Counted from the stretch's first letter, positions 9,980 through 21,300 are shown. The stretch: 64,000 bases of DNA from Ignavibacteriales bacterium (GCA_035361425.1 DAOSCP010000016.1:4439-68438), one strand, 5' to 3'. Notes: generated from the letters alone by a model not told the origin. Numbers and translations: made by a program.

Positions 9980-11278
9980 ATGGATAACTACACAAAAAAA
10001 CTTTTAAATTTGATTCCTGGCGGGGCACATACTTATTCAAGGGGTTTTGACCAATTCCCTTCAAATTTTCCATCTATTCTTAAAAGAGGAAAAGGTGCCT
10101 ATGTTTACGATATTGATGATAATGAATATCTTGATTATGGCATGGCTCTAAGAGCTAATATTTTAGGTTATGCTCATCCAGAGGTTAATGAAGCTGCAAT
10201 TAAAGCAATAGAAGATGGTAATAATTTAACAAGGCCATCGTATTATGAATTACTAGCTGCTGAAACTTTTGTTGAATTAATTGATTCGGCAGATATGGTT
10301 AAATTTGCTAAAAACGGTTCCAATGCTACTTCTGCTGCAACTAAATTAGCAAGAGCTTATACAGGTAGAAAATATATTGCCAGATGTATCGATCATCCAT
10401 TTTTTAGTTTTGACGATTGGTTTATTGGTTCAACTGTAGTAACAAAGGGAATTCCAGAAGAAATTTCTAATTTAACTTTAACATTTAAATATAATGATAT
10501 AGAAGATTTGGAAAATCTTTTCAAAAAGTATCCTGAGCAGATTGCTTGCGTTATTATGGAACCAGCAATTCTGGAACATCCTAAAGATGGCTATTTGCAT
10601 CAAGTTAAAGAATTATGTCATAAAAATGGAACTGTTTTTATCCTTGATGAAATGATAACTGGCTTTAGATGGCATCTTAAAGGTGCACAAAAATATTATG
10701 ATGTTGAGCCTGATCTTTCAACTTTCGGTAAAGCTATGGCAAATACTTTTTCGTTAGCTGCGGTAAGCGGGAAAAGAGAAATTATGCAACTTGGCTCTAT
10801 TGAATTCCCCGGACAGGAAAGAGTATTTCTGCTTTCAACAACTCACGGCGGTGAGATGGCTCCACTTGCGGCGTTTGTTAAAACTGTTGATCTTATGAAA
10901 AAATATGATGTTATTGATCATATCTGGAATTATGGAAAACAAGTCATTGATATTTTTAATCAAATTGCAAAAAAATTTAATATTAATGAATTTATCTATG
11001 CCGCTGGAGTAGAGTGTTCTCCTTATTATGTTACTAAAAATAAAAATGGAGAAATATCTTTTGAATTTAGAACTTTATTTATACAAGAAATGGTAAAAAA
11101 TAAAGTTCTTATGCCCTGGCTGGCTTTTTGCTATTCCCACGGACAAAAGGAATTTGAGTTGACAAAGTTTGCACTCGAAAAATCTATGGAAGTTTATGCT
11201 AAAGCTTTAGAAGATGGTGTCGATAAATATTTTGAAAGTGATGTTATTATAAAACCTGTTTTTAGAAAATATAATTAA
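9980..11278 (+). CDS. class-III aminotransferase (glutamate-1-semialdehyde aminomutase-like)
   Basis: PGGAHTYSRG..G.GAYVYDIDDNEYLDYGMAL, FILDEMITGFR and STFGKAMAN (PLP lysine context) are typical of HemL-like aminotransferases associated with spsF. Confidence 0.8.
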   Translation: MDNYTKKLLNLIPGGAHTYSRGFDQFPSNFPSILKRGKGAYVYDIDDNEYLDYGMALRANILGYAHPEVNEAAIKAIEDGNNLTRPSYYELLAAETFVELIDSADMVKFAKNGSNATSAATKLARAYTGRKYIARCIDHPFFSFDDWFIGSTVVTKGIPEEISNLTLTFKYNDIEDLENLFKKYPEQIACVIMEPAILEHPKDGYLHQVKELCHKNGTVFILDEMITGFRWHLKGAQKYYDVEPDLSTFGKAMANTFSLAAVSGKREIMQLGSIEFPGQERVFLLSTTHGGEMAPLAAFVKTVDLMKKYDVIDHIWNYGKQVIDIFNQIAKKFNINEFIYAAGVECSPYYVTKNKNGEISFEFRTLFIQEMVKNKVLMPWLAFCYSHGQKEFELTKFALEKSMEVYAKALEDGVDKYFESDVIIKPVFRKYN

Positions 11279-11291
11279 ATGTATTGTTATG

Positions 11292-12020
11292 AACAATAAT
11301 GATTATGTATTATATATTAAAGGAAATAAAAAACATACTGATGAATATTATTGAAAAGCATTAATAAAACTGAACAACAAAAGTTTCTAGAAAATTATCC
11401 TCTTGATGAACTTAAACTTGATGTGAATAAAAAATATACTATGGCAGATATCGCTTGTGGATATGGAACATGCACTTGTAATTTGAACAATATATTTAAA
11501 GTTTCTAATTTTATTTGACTTAAACGATGATGCTAGTGAAAATGCGAAAAAATAATACTGATATAGATGCTCAATATTTTGTTGAAAGTTGTTATGATAT
11601 GAAATCTATTAGTGATAACTCGGGTTACCTGGCTTTTTGTTTGCAAACTTTGGCGTGGATAAATCAACCAGATTTGTGCATTAAAGAAATGGTTCGTATT
11701 ATAAAGCCTGGTGGGCATATTTTTATTACAAGTTTGTTTAATCTTGACTATGACTGTGATCTAATTGTAAAAGTTAGAGATTATACAAAAGATAAAGATT
11801 CTTCCATTAATTAAAATACATAATGCGAGTTTACCATAAAATCGCGGTTCGAAAATTTAAGCATTAAAAATTATAATTTGAAAAAATTTGAAATAGGAAT
11901 CGATTTACCTAAACAACTCGAGGATTAGGGACACACACTGTTAAAACAGAAAAAGGAGAACTTTTACAAATATCCGGTGGTTATTTGATGAATTGGGGAT
12001 TGCTTCATATTATCAAATAA
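11292..12020 (+). pseudogene. class I SAM-dependent methyltransferase, heavily disrupted
   Basis: The SAM-binding motif MADIACGYGTC, then FDLNDDASENAKK and RIIKPGGHIFITS, lie in three different frames. There are several stops (e.g. TGA after ..TDEYY, TGA after ..VSNFI) and a shift in an A-run. The tail ..GTHTVKTEKGELLQISGGYLMNWGLLHIIK ends at 12020. Confidence 0.65.
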
Positions 12021-12044
12021 AAGTTCAATAAATAAAATTAAGGA

Positions 12045-12923
12045 ATGAATATGGAATCATCCAGCGATTTATTAAAGAAAATTGAGTTAGTTCAAAAATA
12101 TGAAATTACAGAATATTATGTTTATAGGTATCTTGCAAAAATTACCAAAGATGAAAACAATTCAAAAATTTTAGAAAAAATTGCAAAAGATGAAGAAGCA
12201 CATTCAAGATATTGGAGTATGTTTACTAAAAAGGATATAAAAGCAAATCGAATTGTAGTTTTATTTTATGTATTTATCGCAAGATTCCTTGGGCTTACTT
12301 TTAGTATAAAACTTATGGAAAAAAATGAACAACGAGCAGAAAAATTTTATGAAGAAATAGCAGAAAATATTCCTGAAGCCAAAAAAATTATGCACGAAGA
12401 AGAAGAGCATGAACATGCTTTAATTAAAATGCTGGATGAAGAGAAACTTAAATATGCTGGTTCTATTGTCCTTGGACTAAATGATGCTCTAATTGAATTA
12501 ACAGGTGCATTAGCAGGGTTGACATTTGCTTTACAAAATACTCAAATTATCGCCTTAGCTGGTTTAATTACTGGTATTGCAGCATCTTTTTCTATGGCTG
12601 CATCTAATTATCTTTCGGAAAAAGCAGATGATGAAAATAAAAATTATATCAAATCAGCGGCTTATACTGGTATTGCTTATATTGTTACTGTAATCCTTTT
12701 AATTTTACCGTATCTTTTACTTACAAATCCTTTTATAGCATTACCTATAACAATCTTAACAGCAATTCTAATCATTTTTCTTTTCAATTACTATATATCT
12801 GTTGCCAAAAGTTTATCTTTTAAAGAAAGATTTTTGGAGATGGTTGTTATTAATTTAATAGTGACAGCATTATCTTTCGGTATAGGAATTTTAGCTAAAA
12901 TGGTCTTAGGCGTAGATATTTAA
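12045..12923 (+). CDS. VIT1/CCC1-family iron/manganese transporter with an N-terminal ferritin-like domain
   Basis: The N-terminal region is rubrerythrin/ferritin-like (EITEYYVYRYLA..DEEAHSRYW..EEEHEHAL). The VIT1 signature GLNDALIELTGALAG and C-terminal TM helices follow. The start may instead be ATG 12051. Confidence 0.8.
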   Translation: MNMESSSDLLKKIELVQKYEITEYYVYRYLAKITKDENNSKILEKIAKDEEAHSRYWSMFTKKDIKANRIVVLFYVFIARFLGLTFSIKLMEKNEQRAEKFYEEIAENIPEAKKIMHEEEEHEHALIKMLDEEKLKYAGSIVLGLNDALIELTGALAGLTFALQNTQIIALAGLITGIAASFSMAASNYLSEKADDENKNYIKSAAYTGIAYIVTVILLILPYLLLTNPFIALPITILTAILIIFLFNYYISVAKSLSFKERFLEMVVINLIVTALSFGIGILAKMVLGVDI

Positions 12924-13022
12924 ATAAAAATGTATTAGCAATCATTCGTTTGAAAACATTCTCTATTTTGTTTATTTATAATTATTTTGTTATATTCAAA
13001 AGATTAAATAGGTGTTTTTTGT

Positions 13023-14108
13023 ATGGATTTATTACAAAAATTAGAAGGTATAAAAGATAAATTTGATATTATAAATGAGCAACTTTCTGATCCAAATGTG
13101 ATAAGTGATCAGGATAAATATGTAAAGTTGACAAAATCTCGTAATCAATTAGAGCCGATTGTTAATGCATATTATGAGTATTCCAAATTGAAAAAACATT
13201 TAAGCGAAAATTTGGAAATAGTTGATTCAAATATTGATCCTGAACTTGTTCAGCTTGCAAAGGAAGAAATTCCATTTTTGAAAGAACAAATTGAAAAAAT
13301 GGAAGAAGAAATAAAAATATTATTATTGCCCAAAGATCCTGATGATGACAAAAATGCTATAGTTGAAATTCGTGCTGGCACGGGTGGTGAAGAGGCTGCA
13401 TTATTTGTCGCCGATCTTTTTAGAATGTATAGCAGATATGCTGAAAAAAGAGGCTGGGGTTTAGAAGTTTTAGATATTAATGAAACCGGCGGCTTAGGTG
13501 GAATAAAGGAAGTAGTGTTTTTACTTAAAGGTGAAAATGTATATGGCGATATGAAATTTGAAAGTGGTGTGCATCGTGTGCAAAGAGTGCCAGAGACAGA
13601 AGCTAGTGGTAGAGTTCATACATCTGCTGTTACAGTTGCAGTTCTACCAGAAGTTGACGATGTTGAAGTAAATATTGATCAAAAAGATCTGATAATTGAT
13701 GTTTACCGTGCAGGAGGACACGGCGGCCAGAATGTTAATAAAGTTGAAACGGCTATTCGTATTACTCATATCCCAACAGGGATTGTTGTTACATGTCAGG
13801 ATGAGAGATCGCAGCTTAAAAATCGTATGAAAGCTATGAAAGTTTTAGCAAGTAAACTTTACGATATGGCTCAACGTGAACAGAATAAGGAAATCTCTGA
13901 GCAAAGAAAAAGTATGGTTGGTAGTGGTGATAGAAGTGAAAAGATTAGAACTTACAACTTCCCACAAAATAGAATTACTGATCACAGGATAGGACTTTCT
14001 CTTTATAACTTAACTGACGCTATGGATGGTGAAATTGATGAAATTATTCAACAATTAAAATTAGCTGAAAGAACTGAAAAACTTAAAGAATTTGTCGATA
14101 ATGAATAA
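13023..14108 (+). CDS. prfA: peptide chain release factor 1
   Basis: GGQ motif ([24 protein letters not shown]) and an RF1-type P-x-T tripeptide (RVQRVPETEASGRVHTS). Confidence 0.97.
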   Translation: MDLLQKLEGIKDKFDIINEQLSDPNVISDQDKYVKLTKSRNQLEPIVNAYYEYSKLKKHLSENLEIVDSNIDPELVQLAKEEIPFLKEQIEKMEEEIKILLLPKDPDDDKNAIVEIRAGTGGEEAALFVADLFRMYSRYAEKRGWGLEVLDINETGGLGGIKEVVFLLKGENVYGDMKFESGVHRVQRVPETEASGRVHTSAVTVAVLPEVDDVEVNIDQKDLIIDVYRAGGHGGQNVNKVETAIRITHIPTGIVVTCQDERSQLKNRMKAMKVLASKLYDMAQREQNKEISEQRKSMVGSGDRSEKIRTYNFPQNRITDHRIGLSLYNLTDAMDGEIDEIIQQLKLAERTEKLKEFVDNE

Positions 14109-14116
14109 GGCTATCA

Positions 14117-14614
14117 ATGAGTAAACTAGATATTCTAAAAAATATAAAAATGGTTATTACAGATATTGATGGCGTGCTTACAGATGGAGGCCTTTATTAT
14201 ACTGCTGAAGGCTTGACTTTTAAAAGGTTTTATGTACGCGATGGTATGGGCGTTGTTCTTTTAAGAAAAGCTGGTATTGAAACTGCAATTATTAGTGGTG
14301 ATAATGCTGATTTGATTCAAACTCGTGCAAATAAATTAAAAATTGAATTGTGTTATCTTGGAATTGAAGATAAAACTATTGCACTTAATGAAATTATGCA
14401 ACAAAGAAATTTAAAAAAAGAAGAAATAGCTTTTATTGGGGATGATGTAAATGATTTAAATTTATTACCTTTAGTTGGGTTTAAAGCTGCTCCTGCAGAT
14501 GCCCATAAATCAATTTTAAGTAAAGTTGATTATGTTTGCCAGAATAAAGGCGGATATGGTGCTTTTAGGGAATTAGTTGATTTGATATTGGAAGCTAAAG
14601 GAATTATTTACTAA
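14117..14614 (+). CDS. kdsC: KDO 8-phosphate phosphatase (HAD superfamily, YrbI family)
   Basis: ITDIDGVLTDGGLYY, GDDVNDL and a length of ~165 aa are typical of KdsC. Confidence 0.85.
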   Translation: MSKLDILKNIKMVITDIDGVLTDGGLYYTAEGLTFKRFYVRDGMGVVLLRKAGIETAIISGDNADLIQTRANKLKIELCYLGIEDKTIALNEIMQQRNLKKEEIAFIGDDVNDLNLLPLVGFKAAPADAHKSILSKVDYVCQNKGGYGAFRELVDLILEAKGIIY

Positions 14615-14668
14615 GTCTAAGGAGGATGTTATCGATTATTCCTTACTGTTTAATAATTTTGAAGTGTA

Positions 14669-17600
14669 GTGAAAAGTATAAACAATTTATATAAACTTAC
14701 CACAAAATATTTATTATTTTTTCTTTTTTTTATTTTTGCTACTAATTTGTTTGCTACATATGTCAATTCTTTTGTTGTTTCTTTTCCTGCAGAGCAACAA
14801 AATCCAAATAAATCAAAACAACAAAAACCAAGAACAACCAAACAACCTAAAACTAAAACTCAGGAAATTTCAGAAGATTCACTGAAAAAACTTACATATA
14901 TTAAAGATTCTACTGCAAAACTACAATATTATAAATTTTATCGTGATTATTCGCCATTTATTACCTTTAAGGACCAATTTTTTAACATTCCGCTTACTTA
15001 TAAAAAAAATCCTTATAACAGGGAAATTTCATTAGATAGTACCGGTAAATTTGTTATAATAGAAGATAAAATAGGAGGAACTCTTTACCGTCCAGGTTTA
15101 GTGCTACCAATCGAAGATTACATTAATTACAATTTAGCTTTTAACAATCGTTTATTATGGGAACAATTGGTCCGAAGATATGAAGGTAAATTACTGGTTG
15201 AAGATGAATTGAAAAGTTTTATGAGTACTTTTACTAATATTGATATTCCTTTGCCAAATTTAGGGATTTTATCAATTTTTGGAAGACCAGGTATAAAATT
15301 AAGAATTAACGGAGCTGTAGATATACGAGCAGCTTTTAGAAACGAAGAAATGGGAGGTATTACTAATAACATTTATGGAAAATCACGCAATGAACCAGAT
15401 TTTAAACAACAAGTTCAAATTAATGTTGATGGAACTATCGGTGACAAACTAAAAATAAATGCTGATTGGAATACTGAAAGAACATTTGAATATGAAAATA
15501 GATTAAAAATTAAATATACCGGTTATGAAGACGAAATTGTTCAGAATGTAGAAGCTGGTAACGTTTCAATGGGTGGTTCTGGGCTAGTTTCTGGTTCTGA
15601 GGCGTTATTTGGTATCAAGGCTGATATGAAATTTGGTCCTCTTTCTCTTTCCACAATTGCATCTCAAAAGAAAGGAGAAACAAAAGAAAAATCAATTTCT
15701 GGTGGTGGGCAAGCACGAGATATTATTGTAAAACTTAATGAATATTCTACTAATCACTATTTTATTGATACGATATATGCATCTCAATTGCCAGAATTTA
15801 ATATGTTTAATAAATATTTTTCTAAACCAGTTGGTGAAATAGTTGATCCTTATGTTGTTGTTGAAATTGAAGTTTGGAAATCAACTACAAATTTCCTGAA
15901 TCCACAAAGACGAAAAGCTAACGCATATTATTTTCTACCTCCTAAAGTAGGGAATAATTACGATGAATTTAAATCACAAGCTGATCCTACTAGTTCATCT
16001 GATCCGGAAAAAAGGGGTATAACTGGTTATTTTTTAAAACTTGAGCCAGGTAAAGATTATATAATTCACAGAGAAACTGGCTTTATCTCTTTTAAAACAC
16101 AAATACAAGATAATGAAAAAATTGCTGTTGCTTATACAATTCAAGGTAACGATCCTACAGATCCCCGAGATGATATCCAGTATGGCGAATTTGCAAATGA
16201 TAATCCGGATACTACACTTATCTTAAAACTTATTAAACCAGAAAATTTAACTCCAGCTGATCCAATTGGTTGGAAGTTAATGCTTAAAAATATTTATCCT
16301 ACTAAAACATCAAATGTCAAGGAAGCAGGCTTCGAGTTTGATATTAAATATCAACCTTCCGGGAGCGAACCAGTTAATGAATTAACGGGTAAAGATGGGC
16401 AATCTAAAAAATTATTGGATGTTTTTGGATTGGATAAATATAGTGGTGATAATGAGGGGCCTGATGGTAAATTTGACTTTAAAGTTGGAAAAACTATCAT
16501 TACTCAAACAGGAGAAATTATATTCCCTGTATTAGAGCCTTTTGGTAAAAATTTTCCAAAAGAACTGAATGATACATTACGCTTTGATGAACTTTATGAA
16601 TTGCAAGCATATAGAGCTGCTGAAAAAAATGAGAAAAATAGATTTTTCTTTGCTATTAAAGCAACCGGCGATATATCGTCAACTATTCCGATTGGATTTA
16701 ATGTAGTTGAAAATTCCGTTAAAGTGTTTTTCAATGGGCAAGAATTAGTTCCAGGAAAAGATTACGAGGTTGATTATTACGCTGGGCAATTATATATTAA
16801 AAAACCAGAAGCGTTAGTTCCAGGTGCAGATTTAAAAATAAAATACGAAGAAAATGATTTGGCCGCACTTGCTTCAAAATCACTTGTGGGTATGCGTGGA
16901 ATTTTTGATTTTGATGAAAAGACAAAACTTGGTTTTACTGTGATGAATTATTCTCAACAGACTTTGAGTGATAAAGTAAAAATTGGCGATGAACCTATAA
17001 ACAACACAATGTTTGGTATTGATTTCCGTTGGGGCACTGATATTCCAATTTTAACTAAATACTTAAATAAGGTATTTGACGTTCGGGGAATGTCTTCTCT
17101 TAATGTAACTGCTGAATATGCAAGAATAAATCCGGATGGTAATACAATAAAAAGTACAATCGAAGGCGATAGGAAAAAAAGTATTGCCTATATTGATGAT
17201 TTTGAAGGTGGTAAGAGAACAATCAGTATAGGAATTACATCAACCACATGGAAAGATTTAAGTGTGCCTTATTTTGCTGCTCCTAACAAAATGGAATTAA
17301 TGAAATACAAAGCTAAAACTGTTTGGTTTAATTTAATTCCATCTCCTGTTGATGTAAGAGATATATGGCCAGAAAAAGAAACTGCACGTGAGGATAGAAA
17401 TGTTCCCGTTTTAGATTTGTGGTATATTCCTTATATGAAAGGGTTTTACAATTATACACCTTCCCCAGAGCTACCTAAGAAAAACTGGGGAGGTATTATG
17501 AAATATTTACCATTTCCTGCTAAACTCGAGCAAGAAAATGTCGAATATATTGAGTTTTGGTTCAAACCAATGAATTATCACTACAGAGATACAAATTTTG

Positions 17601-20600
17601 CTACTTCAAAAATCTATATAGATATTGGACAAGTCAGTGAAGATGTGATACCAAACGGTAAACTAGATACAGAAGATAAAAAAAGAAACGGAATTTTAGA
17701 CCCCAAATTTGATCTTGGTTTAGATGGACTTACAGATGAAGAGGAAAGAAAATTATACGGCAGCAATGAAAGCGACCCTGCTGGTGATAATTTCTTTTTT
17801 GATGGAAGAAATTATTTACAATATAATGCAACACAGGTAAATGGCAATTTAGCAGAATTATTAAATATTCCTGATACCGAAGATTTAAATGGTGATGGCG
17901 ATGTTAATTTAAGTGAAAATTTCTATAGATATGAAATTCCACTTGATACTAACCGTGCAAATAATCCTTATATTCAGGGCGGAGGGCAAGGTAATAAAAA
18001 TTGGTATTTAATTCGTGTACCAATTCGTGATAACAATAGAAAAGCCTTTGGTAATCCTGATTTACAAAATGTACAATATGTTAGAGTGTTTTTTGAAAAT
18101 GAAACAACCCCTATTGTTTTAAGAATTACAGATTTCAATTTTGTTGGTAGTCAATGGCAAAAAGTTGTCAAAAAAGATTCTACTTATTTTATTGGTGTTA
18201 TAAATCTTTATGATAATCCAGAATATACTATGCCACCTGGATTAAAACAAGAAATTGATTACACATCTACAAGCGAAAGAATTAGAAAGAACGAGCAATC
18301 ATTGCTTTTGAGAATTAAGGAAATATATGCAGGTCAGAAAAAAGAAACGATCAAATACTTATATCAACCGCTTGATATTTTTAATTATAGTGAAATGAAG
18401 TTATTCATTCACGGTGATTTATACAGGAGTACAGATCCAACTAGTTTAACTTATCCAAAAAATGCTTATGTTTATTTAAGATTTGGTACAGATACATTAA
18501 ATTATTATGAATATCGAATGCCAGTTGAAGAAAATTGGCATGATATGCAAATAAAATTAGATAAAATAAGAGCTATCAAGCAAGTTAAAGATTCTTTAAA
18601 TAAAAGTAATTTATATCCGGTTGATGGAAAACCTAATCATTTCTACTCATTTAAAGGAAATCCTAACTTAACAGGAATTAAATTTTTCCTTATAGGTGTA
18701 ATATCTCCAGCTGATAGTGCTGTTCAGGGAGTAAAAATAAATGGTGATATCTGGATAGATGAGTTAAGAGTAATAGATATCGATAATACTCCGGGGTGGT
18801 CTTATAGAACAAGTATTTCATTAAGGCTTTCTGATCTGATGGATGTTTCATTTAACTATAACAGAACAAATCCTAATTTTAGAGGATTAACATCGCGAGT
18901 TATGAATAGTGCATCAAGAAATGATATTAATAGTTGGAGTGTAAATACAAATATCGATATCCTTAAAGTTCTTCCAATAAATTTACCAGAAAGTAATTTA
19001 AAATTAGCATATTCACACTCTGAGTCAAAGGGCAATCCTATGTTTGTTCCTGGAACTGATATTAAAGTTGAAGATGCTATGCAGCAAACACAAAAAAATC
19101 TTATTCAACAGGGTTATTCACCAGAAGAGGCAAGGAAACAAGCAGAAATTATCAAAGAAAATGCTAAGAATATTAGTGTTAGTGATATGTATAATTTGAG
19201 CGGTATAAGATTTAAAATCCCTACAACATTTTGGTTGATAGATAGAACTATAAACGCTACAACTTTTAATTTTAATTATAATAAGAATTTTTCTCGTGGG
19301 CCAGTTGTTGAAAAATCAAATAGTTGGAACTGGGCTGCCTCTATTAATTATAATACAATATTTCCAGCATCAAATTATATTGCATTGAAAAATATATTTT
19401 TAATCGGAGAATTATTCAAAATATTTTCTGATTATCAAAATGTTCGTATTTACTATACACCTGTAAATTTCACTTTTCAAATTACTGCAAACAGAAATTA
19501 TTCATATTCAATAAATAGGAAAGTTAATAATACTAATCCTCAACCAACAGAATCTGCACAATTTGTAACAAGTAGAACCGCAAATTTCGATTGGAAATTA
19601 ACAGAATATGGATTTTTCAATTTAGGTTTTAGATACAATGTCTCCATTAATTCTACATTAAACCATTTAGTTGATCCGAGATTTGAAAGATTATCAGAAA
19701 ATGAGATTTGGAATAGAATTTTCAAAAAAGACTTTTTTGGAACAGATTTAAATTATACTCAATCTACAGATTTAAGGACAAATTTAAGATTGCCACAATT
19801 CTTAAATAAATATCTTACTACATCTTTCGGATACTCTGCAAATTATGCTTGGCAATATCAACCATTAAATAAAGAATTAGGTAGAAGTGCATCGGTATCT
19901 AGTAGAATATCTTCAAATATGTCAATAAGATATAAGCTTTTAATGAGTGATATTTTTGGCGATCCAACAAAAACATCAAATGTAAATCAAAATGATACTT
20001 CAAAATCTGCAATTATAGCTTTAAGAAATTTTTCTACTGGTTTAGGTAGTTTACTATTTAGTTTATTATGTAATTATGATAATATCTCTGCAAATTATTC
20101 TTTATCAAATACATTTACAGCCACTGGTTTACTGGGTAAAGGGCACGGATTTGAAAACTTTTGGGGAATAAAGCAAAATCCTGTTAATGGACCATCAAGA
20201 TCTTTTATGTTAGGTTTTAATTATGATTTAGGGAAAAGAGCACCCAATGGGGCTAATTTAACTGATAATTTTAGTCAAACTAATTCTTTAGATTTTAGAA
20301 CTAATCGAATGCTTTTTGAAAATGTGAACTTAGAATTAAATTGGAGAACAAGCTGGGCATTTAATAAAGTAACAACATTCAAAACAAATTCCAATTCTGA
20401 TGTTGCTATAACAAATATTTCAACTTCTGGAACTTTGCAAAGATCATTTTTAACCATACCACCCGTTGGACCATTTAAAATTTTCAAGAGTGGAATCGAT
20501 TATGTTAGAGAAGAATACAAAGAAAGTAGCGACTCACGCGAAAGTTTACAAAATTTAAGTGAAGCATTTGTAAAAGGTTTTGAAAGTTTTCCAATTTTAT

Positions 20601-21283
20601 CTAAATTTGGTTTAAAAGATATATCTAAATATTTACCACGAGCCAACTGGAGAATTTCGTGGAGTGGTTTAGAAAGGATATTCATTTTTAATTCTTTTGC
20701 ACAAAGAGTATCATTAAATCACGCGTATAATTCAAGTTACAATGAAGCATGGAGAATAACTCCACAAGACTTTAAGGAAATATCATCACAAAAAGTAAAC
20801 TATGGTTTCGCACCTTTGGCTGAGCTCGATATTACTTTCAATAAGCTCTGGAACGGTAACTTAAACGGAAGAGTTAGGTATAACACTAATACAAGCTATG
20901 ATTTGTCTGTAAACTCAAGAAATATAACAGAATCAAATTCACGTGAAGTTGGTGTAACTTTGAGTTACAATAAATCTGGTTTCAATTTACCATTTTTAGG
21001 ATTAAATTTAAGAAATGATCTCGATTTTAGCTTTTCTTTTTCAAGAGCAACAAATGAAGCAGTAGTTTATGATTTTGGACCAGGGAAAAAGAATTCGCCA
21101 GGTGTTCAGCAAGATGGTAGTATAAGAACTACATTAGAACCACGTGCAACTTATAAAGTTAGTACAATGGTTACAGTATCTATCTTTTATTCAAGAAGTA
21201 AAAATGAACCAAAAGGTTCCTCGAGAGTTCAACCTATTACAACAAATACAGCAGGTTTAGATATTCATATAGCAATACAATAA
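14669..21283 (+). CDS. sprA: type IX secretion system translocon SprA
   Basis: 2204-aa ORF with a GTG start and a signal peptide. NVEAGNVSMGG..ALFGIKADMKFGPLSLSTIASQKKGE matches the conserved SprA N-terminal block. The C-terminus is beta-barrel-like. Confidence 0.9.
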   Translation: MKSINNLYKLTTKYLLFFLFFIFATNLFATYVNSFVVSFPAEQQNPNKSKQQKPRTTKQPKTKTQEISEDSLKKLTYIKDSTAKLQYYKFYRDYSPFITFKDQFFNIPLTYKKNPYNREISLDSTGKFVIIEDKIGGTLYRPGLVLPIEDYINYNLAFNNRLLWEQLVRRYEGKLLVEDELKSFMSTFTNIDIPLPNLGILSIFGRPGIKLRINGAVDIRAAFRNEEMGGITNNIYGKSRNEPDFKQQVQINVDGTIGDKLKINADWNTERTFEYENRLKIKYTGYEDEIVQNVEAGNVSMGGSGLVSGSEALFGIKADMKFGPLSLSTIASQKKGETKEKSISGGGQARDIIVKLNEYSTNHYFIDTIYASQLPEFNMFNKYFSKPVGEIVDPYVVVEIEVWKSTTNFLNPQRRKANAYYFLPPKVGNNYDEFKSQADPTSSSDPEKRGITGYFLKLEPGKDYIIHRETGFISFKTQIQDNEKIAVAYTIQGNDPTDPRDDIQYGEFANDNPDTTLILKLIKPENLTPADPIGWKLMLKNIYPTKTSNVKEAGFEFDIKYQPSGSEPVNELTGKDGQSKKLLDVFGLDKYSGDNEGPDGKFDFKVGKTIITQTGEIIFPVLEPFGKNFPKELNDTLRFDELYELQAYRAAEKNEKNRFFFAIKATGDISSTIPIGFNVVENSVKVFFNGQELVPGKDYEVDYYAGQLYIKKPEALVPGADLKIKYEENDLAALASKSLVGMRGIFDFDEKTKLGFTVMNYSQQTLSDKVKIGDEPINNTMFGIDFRWGTDIPILTKYLNKVFDVRGMSSLNVTAEYARINPDGNTIKSTIEGDRKKSIAYIDDFEGGKRTISIGITSTTWKDLSVPYFAAPNKMELMKYKAKTVWFNLIPSPVDVRDIWPEKETAREDRNVPVLDLWYIPYMKGFYNYTPSPELPKKNWGGIMKYLPFPAKLEQENVEYIEFWFKPMNYHYRDTNFATSKIYIDIGQVSEDVIPNGKLDTEDKKRNGILDPKFDLGLDGLTDEEERKLYGSNESDPAGDNFFFDGRNYLQYNATQVNGNLAELLNIPDTEDLNGDGDVNLSENFYRYEIPLDTNRANNPYIQGGGQGNKNWYLIRVPIRDNNRKAFGNPDLQNVQYVRVFFENETTPIVLRITDFNFVGSQWQKVVKKDSTYFIGVINLYDNPEYTMPPGLKQEIDYTSTSERIRKNEQSLLLRIKEIYAGQKKETIKYLYQPLDIFNYSEMKLFIHGDLYRSTDPTSLTYPKNAYVYLRFGTDTLNYYEYRMPVEENWHDMQIKLDKIRAIKQVKDSLNKSNLYPVDGKPNHFYSFKGNPNLTGIKFFLIGVISPADSAVQGVKINGDIWIDELRVIDIDNTPGWSYRTSISLRLSDLMDVSFNYNRTNPNFRGLTSRVMNSASRNDINSWSVNTNIDILKVLPINLPESNLKLAYSHSESKGNPMFVPGTDIKVEDAMQQTQKNLIQQGYSPEEARKQAEIIKENAKNISVSDMYNLSGIRFKIPTTFWLIDRTINATTFNFNYNKNFSRGPVVEKSNSWNWAASINYNTIFPASNYIALKNIFLIGELFKIFSDYQNVRIYYTPVNFTFQITANRNYSYSINRKVNNTNPQPTESAQFVTSRTANFDWKLTEYGFFNLGFRYNVSINSTLNHLVDPRFERLSENEIWNRIFKKDFFGTDLNYTQSTDLRTNLRLPQFLNKYLTTSFGYSANYAWQYQPLNKELGRSASVSSRISSNMSIRYKLLMSDIFGDPTKTSNVNQNDTSKSAIIALRNFSTGLGSLLFSLLCNYDNISANYSLSNTFTATGLLGKGHGFENFWGIKQNPVNGPSRSFMLGFNYDLGKRAPNGANLTDNFSQTNSLDFRTNRMLFENVNLELNWRTSWAFNKVTTFKTNSNSDVAITNISTSGTLQRSFLTIPPVGPFKIFKSGIDYVREEYKESSDSRESLQNLSEAFVKGFESFPILSKFGLKDISKYLPRANWRISWSGLERIFIFNSFAQRVSLNHAYNSSYNEAWRITPQDFKEISSQKVNYGFAPLAELDITFNKLWNGNLNGRVRYNTNTSYDLSVNSRNITESNSREVGVTLSYNKSGFNLPFLGLNLRNDLDFSFSFSRATNEAVVYDFGPGKKNSPGVQQDGSIRTTLEPRATYKVSTMVTVSIFYSRSKNEPKGSSRVQPITTNTAGLDIHIAIQ

Positions 21284-21300
21284 AAAGGAGATTGCAAAAA

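Noticed and set aside
11830-11860. The sequence gcggttcgaaaa, resembling a tRNA T-arm.
   Set aside because: No acceptor stem, anticodon arm or D-arm can be drawn around it. It lies inside the methyltransferase pseudogene.
14615-14668. Small hairpin TAAGGA..TCCTTA between kdsC and sprA as a regulatory element.
   Set aside because: It is only a 6-bp stem that overlaps a probable RBS-like aggagg, and there is no supporting context.
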